Below, one piece after another: positions 15,935 to 23,538 of a stretch of 49,065 nucleotides of DNA; position 1 is the first letter of the stretch; every line of letters begins with the position of its first letter. Source of the stretch: a virus. A program made the position numbers and the translations under genes. The stretch lies in IMG/VR virus record IMGVR_UViG_3300023181_000012; one strand, 5' to 3'. The notes under the pieces were generated by a model, which saw only the letters and a program-made list of their open reading frames with translations, ran no database searches and was not told where the DNA came from.

Positions 15935-16837
15935 ATGAATAACAAAGACATTTATGCCGGTCATGACAATTTGGCCGAAATGATTAAAGGTCATATCGGC
16001 AACTGGCGCGACGCGCTGAACCATCAAAAGATCGATCAGCACGACACTTCATATCTGGACCATGAACTCTCGGCACTGGATCAGATCGAAAAGGCCGCGT
16101 CGGAGGTAGCCCAACCGAGCTACGTTCAACAAGCCATTCGCACCGAATCCCGGCCGGAATCCCTGAAAGTCAATCAGTTCGTTTTGGTCGATCTGATGCG
16201 CATGATTGTCGCGCTGGGATCGGCCGCCGATCTGGTAAAGAAAAACATCTTTTACGGTAAGCCGATTGAAGTCGGACTGTACCATGACTTTCTGACCAAT
16301 CTGAGCGCGACCGTGGAAAAGCAGCTGGAAATGATCGACCAAGTCGATGACGAAACAATCAGTCGTATGTACGATATTGGCGAACTGGCAGGTATCACTT
16401 CCGACGTGACGAAGCGTTTGACCGGCCTGACCGAACATATCCCGGTCCGCCTGTTGCATTGCGCGCTCGGCATTCATACCGAAGCCGGCGAAATGTTCGA
16501 AAACCTGCTGGAAGCCTACGAATGCGGTGAAGTCGACGAACTGAACTTCGCCGAAGAACTGGGCGATGTCGACTGGTATAAAGCCATCGGCCATGATGCG
16601 ACCGGCGTCAGCGAAGAAACGCTGCGCGAGGCGAATATCGCAAAGCTGCGCAAACGCTACCCCGAGAAGTTCACCGACGAATCTGCGCTCAATCGTGATT
16701 TGTCGGGCGAGCGTGGTGTGCTGAACGAACACCTGGCCTTGACTCAAGGTGTCGCAGTGTACGACAAGCCGGTCGAATATAAAGCCGGCGATACGGTAAA
16801 ACTGCCCGATGGTGTGGGCGGAACCATTATCAGCTAA
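15935..16837 (+). CDS. MazG-like nucleoside triphosphate pyrophosphohydrolase domain with ~150-aa uncharacterised N-terminal region
   Basis: The C-terminal half carries HTEAGEMFE...AEELGDVDWY...NIAKLRKRYPEKF, typical of all-alpha MazG NTP-PPases. Confidence 0.65.
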   Translation: MNNKDIYAGHDNLAEMIKGHIGNWRDALNHQKIDQHDTSYLDHELSALDQIEKAASEVAQPSYVQQAIRTESRPESLKVNQFVLVDLMRMIVALGSAADLVKKNIFYGKPIEVGLYHDFLTNLSATVEKQLEMIDQVDDETISRMYDIGELAGITSDVTKRLTGLTEHIPVRLLHCALGIHTEAGEMFENLLEAYECGEVDELNFAEELGDVDWYKAIGHDATGVSEETLREANIAKLRKRYPEKFTDESALNRDLSGERGVLNEHLALTQGVAVYDKPVEYKAGDTVKLPDGVGGTIIS

Positions 16838-16855
16838 ACCAGTCTGACCCAGTCC

Positions 16856-16884
16856 AAAATGGCCGCTATCATGTGGCCATTTTT
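16856..16884 (+). terminator. rho-independent terminator (A/T-flanked, potentially bidirectional)
   Basis: AAAATGGCC-(10 nt)-GGCCATTTTT. Confidence 0.7.
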
Positions 16885-16905
16885 CTACTTCAAACAAGAT
16901 TCACA

Positions 16906-16934
16906 TTGATGGGCTAGGCTCGTCCTGATATAAT
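16906..16934 (+). promoter_or_regulatory. predicted promoter
   Basis: TTGATG, then 17 nt, then TATAAT (16929-16934), followed by AGAACAT. Confidence 0.6.
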
Positions 16935-16962
16935 AGAACATTAGAACAGATTAGGTGACCAC

Positions 16963-17268
16963 ATGGATATCCCCGATCCAGTCGACGAAAGCGAAGTCGC
17001 TGAAATGAAGCAACTGTATGATTACGGTCCAGAACGGGCCTGCCTTGATCGCATGATTTGGTTGGAAGTTGAACATGCGAGACTCACCGATAGCGAAAAC
17101 TATTTGATGGAAGCTCTACAATACGTGAAGCCTGATCTGATCGAAAAGGTAACTATTGCCGGTCAAGAGGCTTTGCGCGAAGCCCTGAAAGAACTCGCCA
17201 AGATGGCTCGTACCACCGAACAGCTGGACTTTGTACATCAATTGAATTGCCGGGGGTTGTTGAAATGA
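16963..17268 (+). CDS. hypothetical protein (101 aa)
   Basis: ORF with an AGGTGA RBS. Confidence 0.65.
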   Translation: MDIPDPVDESEVAEMKQLYDYGPERACLDRMIWLEVEHARLTDSENYLMEALQYVKPDLIEKVTIAGQEALREALKELAKMARTTEQLDFVHQLNCRGLLK

Positions 17269-17531
17269 ACAAGCTTAATATTGTCGTAGCGTATGAAATC
17301 CATCATGCTCGTCATTTTGCCGAAGTTGAAAAACAATGGGCTCGTAAAGATTACAAAATAGTATTAAACCAAACAGACTACCTGCGCGGTTTGGTCAATG
17401 TGACTGTATGGGTTTTGGAAGCACCACGGTTCCATCCGACCCCGTACCAACTTCATCAACGCCAAATTATGGAATATGTACTAAAGCCGCAGCTTCATCG
17501 TATTAAAGTGGAACGAGTGACCCTGCCATGA
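17265..17531 (+). CDS. hypothetical protein (88 aa)
   Basis: ATGA overlap with the upstream gene. Confidence 0.55.
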   Translation: MNKLNIVVAYEIHHARHFAEVEKQWARKDYKIVLNQTDYLRGLVNVTVWVLEAPRFHPTPYQLHQRQIMEYVLKPQLHRIKVERVTLP

Positions 17532-18427
17532 AAATCTACATCGCCGGCCTCTATACTTCAAACTTCCATAAAACCGGAAACTACTATGCAAAACTTACCG
17601 ACCAAGAAAAAGCCGGTCACGATGGCTGTATCGACCGTCTGGAGTCCTACCACTATATTGGGAAGCAATCTTACGTGGATCGTATCCGCGAGCAGGGCGA
17701 TAAAGTTTTCCTCGATTCTGGCGCGTTTTCCGCTTTCACCCTTGGTAAGGAAATTGATCTACCTGCATACTGTGACTACATACACCGGAATGCCGACATT
17801 ATCGACATGGCCTCTGTGCTCGATGGCATCGGTGATCCTCAACGTACCTATGAAAACCAATGCGAAATGGAACGACTTGGAACTCGACCATTACCTTGCT
17901 TTCACTATGGCGAAGATGAAAGATACCTTGAGTACTACATTGCGAATTATGAGTACATCACCATCGGCGGTATGGTTCCGATTTCCACCCCTCAACTAAT
18001 CTTATGGCTTGACAGAATATGGGCAAAATATCTGACCGACGGAAGCGGGCGAGCACGCTTGAAAGTACACGGATTCGGCCTTACTTCGGTTCCCCTGATG
18101 ACTCGGTATCCGTGGTATTCGGTCGACTCGTCATCATGGATTCAACTGGCAGCGCACGGAAACATCTTCATACCGAAATTCGGTCAATTCGCGATCAGCG
18201 CAAGGTCGCCAAACGTAAAAGTTGAGGGACAACATGTTGACACTTTACCTCCTGTTGTTAGAGCTCGCTTGGAGCAAGAACTTATCGACGAAGGCTACGA
18301 GCCCGACCGCATGCGAGACCTCAACTACCCCCGATGGGCGTACAACGTCTACGCCTACGGGGAACTTGCCCGAATGATGACTGCACTTGAAAAACCATTC
18401 CAGATCAACCAAGAGGAGTTATTCTGA
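17528..18427 (+). CDS. dpdA: DpdA-family DNA-guanine transglycosylase (TGT-like)
   Basis: FLDSGAFS corresponds to the TGT DSGGFQ catalytic Asp region. ITIGGMVP and HGFGLTS...YSVDSSSW are also present. The 299-aa size and the position next to preQ0-pathway genes fit phage DpdA. Confidence 0.75.
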   Translation: MKIYIAGLYTSNFHKTGNYYAKLTDQEKAGHDGCIDRLESYHYIGKQSYVDRIREQGDKVFLDSGAFSAFTLGKEIDLPAYCDYIHRNADIIDMASVLDGIGDPQRTYENQCEMERLGTRPLPCFHYGEDERYLEYYIANYEYITIGGMVPISTPQLILWLDRIWAKYLTDGSGRARLKVHGFGLTSVPLMTRYPWYSVDSSSWIQLAAHGNIFIPKFGQFAISARSPNVKVEGQHVDTLPPVVRARLEQELIDEGYEPDRMRDLNYPRWAYNVYAYGELARMMTALEKPFQINQEELF

Positions 18428-18627
18428 TGCCTTTCGCATATTCGTTACACCGGATACTGTCCGAGCTTGAAAAGCCGCCAACAAATTTTGGCGGGGATAC
18501 CTTTGTCATGCGCAAAGTTCGCGACGAAGACCTGCGCGCGTTGATTGAAGACTGGGGGCGGCTCGACAAAATCGTCCGGGCCAATGCGGCTTATCAACAC
18601 GGTGGTAAAGCTGAGGTGGTGCGATGA
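18427..18627 (+). CDS. hypothetical protein (66 aa)
   Basis: The start overlaps the dpdA stop (TGATG). Confidence 0.55.
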   Translation: MPFAYSLHRILSELEKPPTNFGGDTFVMRKVRDEDLRALIEDWGRLDKIVRANAAYQHGGKAEVVR

Positions 18628-19595
18628 TCGATGCACTCAAATTTGTCAAAGGCGCCGTTGCCAAGAAAGACATAATTCCTGGCATGACCCATTTCCGGGT
18701 CCATCAAGGGACGATCAAGGCCCACAACGGGATTATCACCATTTCAAGCCCGATTGACCTCGGTATCGATTGCCAGCCAAAAGCGGTCGACTTTGTCAAG
18801 GCTATCGAACAATGCGACGGTGCTGTTGCTATGGCAATGACCCCGGCCGGACGTCTTAGCGTTCGCTCCGGCAAGTTCAAGGCATTCATCAACTGCGGTG
18901 TGGACGGAACCTTCCCTGATGTCGAGCCGGAGGGTGAAGTGCATCCACTCCCCGAAGGCGGACTCATGAAAGCGTTGAAAGTCCTTGAAACCATGATCGC
19001 CGAAGACGCTAGCCGGCCTTGGGCAAGGGGTATCCTGTTCCGGGGGGAATTCGCCCATGCAACCAATAATGTGGTCATTTGCCAGTATTGGCTCGGCTAC
19101 GAATTCCCCTTCGACCTGGTTATTCCGCACCTCGCCGTCAATGAACTTATGCGCATCGGTATCGAGCCGATCAGCGTTCAGTTTACCGAAAATTCGGTCA
19201 CGTTCCACTATCCCGACGGTCAGTGGTTCCGTACCCAAACCAATCCAACTACTTGGCCGAACATCGCTATGGTTCTGGATAAGGAAAACATCGAAGCGCA
19301 AGACCTACCGCCGACGTTCTTTAAAGACCTGGAGTTGCTCCGTCCATTCGTGGATGATCTGAATCACTTGTACTTCGTGCAAGGGGCGATGGCCACACAT
19401 ATCGATGAAGGACTCGGCGCCCGCGTTGAACATGACGGCGACTTCGCCCACGTTTTCCCGACCGAAGCCTGCTATAACATCAACATGATGCGCATGCTTT
19501 CCTCGGTCGCAACATCGATGGACTTCAATCAGGTTCCGGCATTGTTTTTCGGCGAGAACCTGCGTGGGGCAATCATGCATATGAAACATCAATAG
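18624..19595 (+). CDS. putative DNA polymerase sliding clamp (DnaN-like beta clamp)
   Basis: 323 aa. The N-terminus LKFVKGAVAKKDIIPGMTHF and the internal FAHATNNVV and FPFDLVIP resemble clamp signatures (ATDGHRL / P..vIP). The gene lies upstream of the polymerase. Confidence 0.45.
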   Translation: MIDALKFVKGAVAKKDIIPGMTHFRVHQGTIKAHNGIITISSPIDLGIDCQPKAVDFVKAIEQCDGAVAMAMTPAGRLSVRSGKFKAFINCGVDGTFPDVEPEGEVHPLPEGGLMKALKVLETMIAEDASRPWARGILFRGEFAHATNNVVICQYWLGYEFPFDLVIPHLAVNELMRIGIEPISVQFTENSVTFHYPDGQWFRTQTNPTTWPNIAMVLDKENIEAQDLPPTFFKDLELLRPFVDDLNHLYFVQGAMATHIDEGLGARVEHDGDFAHVFPTEACYNINMMRMLSSVATSMDFNQVPALFFGENLRGAIMHMKHQ

Positions 19596-19603
19596 GGGGT
19601 GAT

Positions 19604-19789
19604 ATGAAAATTGACGATGCCGCTTTGGACGAACGAGCTGCGACCATAGCGTTGATAGTTGAACAAACTGATACCGATCAACGTAACGTTCTCTATGATA
19701 AAATCGCTACGAAACTCCGTCAGAAGAACCAACATTACTCGGGTAAACTTTTTGAAGCAATAGCTTTTTATGAACGGGGTGGAAAATGA
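19604..19789 (+). CDS. hypothetical protein (61 aa)
   Basis: ORF with a GGGGTG RBS. Confidence 0.55.
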   Translation: MKIDDAALDERAATIALIVEQTDTDQRNVLYDKIATKLRQKNQHYSGKLFEAIAFYERGGK

Positions 19790-20049
19790 GTAATACAGTG
19801 CAACGGGTACCGACTGAATCGGAAAACAAGAATTGGGCGATCTTCGAATATCGCGACGAGTTTGCCGTATGCCATTTGGGTACGATCAAGGTTGCTGGTC
19901 AAGACCTGTTCCAAACCGGCTGGGTGATCGATCACATTTGCCCGACTTTGGATCAGGCTGTCACCTGCCAGACTAACGAAATCAAAAAGGCAAAAGTGCG
20001 CAATGCCCAAATCATGGCCGATATGGCTGCTCGCGCTCGTCGCAAATGA
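19786..20049 (+). CDS. hypothetical protein (87 aa)
   Basis: ATGA overlap with the upstream gene. Confidence 0.55.
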   Translation: MSNTVQRVPTESENKNWAIFEYRDEFAVCHLGTIKVAGQDLFQTGWVIDHICPTLDQAVTCQTNEIKKAKVRNAQIMADMAARARRK

Positions 20050-20402
20050 TTCTGGTCATTCAATGTTCGCAGTTGAAAAGCAACCTTGAGAAGGGGGCCG
20101 CCCGTGAGATATACAAGGGTCAGGTTCTACTTCTCGGTTTGCGTTTCGCTGACAGATGGAACCTTGAACCTTATATATTGTCAGGAAAGTACGGTATAAT
20201 CAAACCTGACGATGTGATCGAAAACTATGATTTGAAATCGCCCGGGTATGATGGTCCTTGGCCAACCGAGGTTGGGTATTGGTTGGGAGGCAAGAAGTAT
20301 TTTAAAAACGCTCCGTCTAATCTGCAACCTCTGATAACGGGTCATCGCGGATATGGTGATATGAAAAATTGGTTAGGAAAGTGTATAAATGAGCCGATTT
20401 GA
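20046..20402 (+). CDS. hypothetical protein, DUF6884-like
   Basis: ILVIQCSQLK...EIYKGQ...ILSGKYGIIKPDDVIENYD resembles the DUF6884 pattern recalled from memory. The gene overlaps the polymerase start by 14 nt. Confidence 0.5.
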   Translation: MILVIQCSQLKSNLEKGAAREIYKGQVLLLGLRFADRWNLEPYILSGKYGIIKPDDVIENYDLKSPGYDGPWPTEVGYWLGGKKYFKNAPSNLQPLITGHRGYGDMKNWLGKCINEPI

Positions 20403-22554
20403 CGCCCTCGGTATGTTTTGGGAAGACCTTGCCCCGGTAAAGCCACCGAAAAAGGAAAAGGTCAAGGCTGTTCCACCTGAGCCGGTATGGCTTGCTGCTA
20501 CCTATTTACCGGGCCTTCACGAAGCGCGGAATATGATCCTTGATCTATTCACGGTAGAGGAGCTAATTGAGGCGTCACGGACCGGTGAAAGGCTTAACTA
20601 CGATATCGAATGCTATCCAAATTACTTCCTTTTGACCGCGAGGGGGATCGATGGGAAAAAATGCGTATGCTTTGAAGCCCATGACGACGAAGCGTTGAGC
20701 GAAGAAGATCAGCAAAAGCTTACTTGGGTTCTGGAAAACTTCACCATGGTCGGATTCAATATCCTGCACTATGACAATACGATGGCCACAATAGCGGCTG
20801 CCGGCGCTACGACCGAGCAGCTTTGGCTGGCGAACTGTAAGATATTCGAAAAGGCTGACCGCAAGCCTGGCGATACCGGAATGCCGCGACCGAAGTATAA
20901 AGCGCACCAAATCCTGAAAGCGTTTAAGGTCAAGAAGTTGGCTATCGATTCCATCGACTTGATACAGTACACCGCAGGGGCGCCGTCGCTCAAGAAACTT
21001 GCCGGCCGCATCCATTCCCGGCGAATGCAAGACCTCCCATTCGTACCCGGAACCTATCTTACGCCTGACCAAAAACTGATCGTCAAATGGTACAACATTA
21101 ACGATCTGGATATTGTCGAACTCGTCTATGCGTGGTATCTGGAACGGGTTCAGTTGCGCGAGAAGTTGTCGACCAAATACAACATCGATCTTCGTTCCAA
21201 GTCGGATGCCCAAATGGCAGAAGCCATTATGGAGTCGGAAATCAAGAAGTTGACCAAGCAGACGTTTATCGTCAAAGATAAAGTCGAGGTCGGCAAAACC
21301 TTTCAGTACAAAAAGCCGGCTTTCATCGACTTCCATACCGAACAGATGCAAGAGGCTTTGAAAGTCGTTCTTGATTCGGAAATGGTCATATCGGCAAAGG
21401 GTTCGGTCATACTTCCCCAGTCGCTGAAAGACCTTGAAATCCGAATCGGCAAAGGTCTTTATACCTTCGGTATCGGCGGGCTGCATAGTAACGAGAAGTC
21501 GGTAGGTCATGTATCTGACGAAAAGTATCAGATTGTCGATATTGATGCGACTTCGTTCTATCCGTTCCTGATGCTCAATGCCGGGATGACTCCCAAGAAT
21601 CTCGGCAAGGCGTTCTTGGTCGTTTATAACGGCGTAGTGGTTGACCGAGTTAATGCCAAGAAAGCCGGCGATATCATCGCGGCCGAAGGGTTGAAGATCA
21701 CCGCCAACGGAACTTACGGCAAACTGGGTTCCCGTTATTCGATCATGTATGCCCCTGAGCTGCTTATTCAGGTAACCATAACCGGCCAACTAGTTCTGTT
21801 GATGTATATCGAAATGATGGAGTATCAAGGTTTCGAAGTCATCAGTGCCAATACCGATGGTATCGTCTGCATGGTTGAACGTGAGCGCAAGCAGGAATTC
21901 GACGATCTGGTCAAGTATTGGGAATCGAGGACCGGCCTGAGCACCGAAGAAACCCTGTATGAAGCCGTTTATAGCCGCGATGTAAATACATATGTGGCCA
22001 TCTATACCGAGCCTGAAAAGCAGAAGGGGAAACTGTTCAAGAGTAAAGGAAACATTTTCAACATTCGTCATCCTGATAAATCGTCGGATGCTAGTACCGT
22101 CGATTTGAAAAAGAACCCTGTCACGGAGATTTGCACGTATGCTATCATCGAAAAAATACTACATGGGACTCCCATCGAAACCACGATCCGAGAGTGCACA
22201 GACGCTTCTAGATTCGTCGAAGTCAGGGAGGTCAAAGGAGGTGGCGTTTACCTTGGGGCCGAAGGATACATTGATTATCTCGGTAAAACGGTCCGGTGGT
22301 ATCATGCGACAGGTGTTGGATCAGATGCACGAGTCGTCTACGCAAAGTCAGGAAACAAAGTTGCAAATTCTGACTCTAGTAAGCCGTTGATGACTCTTCC
22401 TGTCGACGGAGTTCCCGACGACATAAACTACGAGTGGTATGAACAGAAAACCCGAGACAATATGATCGTTATGGGTTATACTAAGGGTGAAGTGTCGGCG
22501 GATTACGTCGATGAAACCGAAGATGATGAACAACTTGAGGAAGAAACAACATGA
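20389..22554 (+). CDS. family B DNA polymerase with 3'-5' exonuclease domain
   Basis: Exo I is YDIE, Exo II is FNILHYD and Exo III is YNINDLD. Pol motif A is DIDATSFYP, motif B is KITANGTYGKLG and motif C is SANTDGI. Confidence 0.85.
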   Translation: MSRFDALGMFWEDLAPVKPPKKEKVKAVPPEPVWLAATYLPGLHEARNMILDLFTVEELIEASRTGERLNYDIECYPNYFLLTARGIDGKKCVCFEAHDDEALSEEDQQKLTWVLENFTMVGFNILHYDNTMATIAAAGATTEQLWLANCKIFEKADRKPGDTGMPRPKYKAHQILKAFKVKKLAIDSIDLIQYTAGAPSLKKLAGRIHSRRMQDLPFVPGTYLTPDQKLIVKWYNINDLDIVELVYAWYLERVQLREKLSTKYNIDLRSKSDAQMAEAIMESEIKKLTKQTFIVKDKVEVGKTFQYKKPAFIDFHTEQMQEALKVVLDSEMVISAKGSVILPQSLKDLEIRIGKGLYTFGIGGLHSNEKSVGHVSDEKYQIVDIDATSFYPFLMLNAGMTPKNLGKAFLVVYNGVVVDRVNAKKAGDIIAAEGLKITANGTYGKLGSRYSIMYAPELLIQVTITGQLVLLMYIEMMEYQGFEVISANTDGIVCMVERERKQEFDDLVKYWESRTGLSTEETLYEAVYSRDVNTYVAIYTEPEKQKGKLFKSKGNIFNIRHPDKSSDASTVDLKKNPVTEICTYAIIEKILHGTPIETTIRECTDASRFVEVREVKGGGVYLGAEGYIDYLGKTVRWYHATGVGSDARVVYAKSGNKVANSDSSKPLMTLPVDGVPDDINYEWYEQKTRDNMIVMGYTKGEVSADYVDETEDDEQLEEETT

Positions 22555-23270
22555 AAACAGGCGTGATATTGGATAGTGGTAAATATGTCATCAACTTTGA
22601 TGACTCGACCGGTGAAATGAAATTTTTCCGCAACGGTGAAGACTGGCCGGCTGGGAATGAGTTGCGCCACGCTAAAGTAGTGGCGGCGTTGGTTCAACGG
22701 GTGATCGAGCTGGAATCGAAGCCGATTCCGAACGAGAACCTGACCGTATTTGCTCAACCCCTGAGCGATCCACCGTTCTTCAAAATGGACGATAAACCGG
22801 TCACCCCCGACATCGAGGAAGACCTCGGCCGCATGATGGTCGAAATTGTCGCCGCGTTTGACTTCATCAAGAATGGTCCGGTGATCGATATGCCGACCGC
22901 CGATCTGGATAAAATGTTCGACGACAAAGTCTGGAAGCTGACGCCGCGCATTCAAACATTGGTCGCCAATCGCGTGATGGCAAAGCATCCGTTTTCGGTT
23001 CTGGCTGATATGGAATTCAACGGTTACAACGGTCGTTGCAACGGGTCTGAACGATTCAACATCGCAAGCATGAATTTGTTGCAAATTCCGGTCGACATGC
23101 GCGAAGTTCTGAATCTCGGTCGTCTCAACACTGCCGAAGGCGCTGCAATCAACATGGAAGCCTTGGCCAAAATGACCACATCCATGCAGATCATTATGAA
23201 CCTCTACGGTTGGTCGTGGGACGATATCAAACTGAAGGCGCGACAGCAAATGGCGAAAGCCGGCGTGTAA
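22551..23270 (+). CDS. hypothetical protein (239 aa)
   Basis: ATGA overlap with the polymerase gene. It is the last gene of the rightward unit. Confidence 0.65.
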   Translation: MKTGVILDSGKYVINFDDSTGEMKFFRNGEDWPAGNELRHAKVVAALVQRVIELESKPIPNENLTVFAQPLSDPPFFKMDDKPVTPDIEEDLGRMMVEIVAAFDFIKNGPVIDMPTADLDKMFDDKVWKLTPRIQTLVANRVMAKHPFSVLADMEFNGYNGRCNGSERFNIASMNLLQIPVDMREVLNLGRLNTAEGAAINMEALAKMTTSMQIIMNLYGWSWDDIKLKARQQMAKAGV

Positions 23271-23272
23271 AG

Positions 23273-23304
23273 AAAAAGGCCCGGTGATTCGGGCCTTTGT
23301 TTTA
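23273..23304. terminator. bidirectional rho-independent terminator between convergent early and late units
   Basis: AAAAAGGCCCG-gtgatt-CGGGCCTTTGTTTT. Confidence 0.85.
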
Positions 23305-23538
23305 TTCTGGATCAGGTTCCGGTTCAGGGTCCGGAGGCGGAGTGCGCTTCACCAACTTACCGTCGATGTAGTCGTAATCTGACAGACGTTCACCGGGAGG
23401 TAAAGTCAAGTCGATAATACTGCACTCGCCGACGACGCTGTACGGAACTTCAGCACCGTCAACATAGGCCCGATCTTCGCCGAGTTCGATCAGGGTATAG
23501 GGACCGAGCAAACCGGCGAGTGTAGTATTCAGAATCAT
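23302..23538 (-). CDS. hypothetical protein (78 aa), possible tail fibre assembly/accessory protein
   Basis: ATGA overlap with the fibre gene. The C-terminus is DPEPEPDPE. The call rests on position only. Confidence 0.45.
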   Translation of the reverse strand: MILNTTLAGLLGPYTLIELGEDRAYVDGAEVPYSVVGECSIIDLTLPPGERLSDYDYIDGKLVKRTPPPDPEPEPDPE

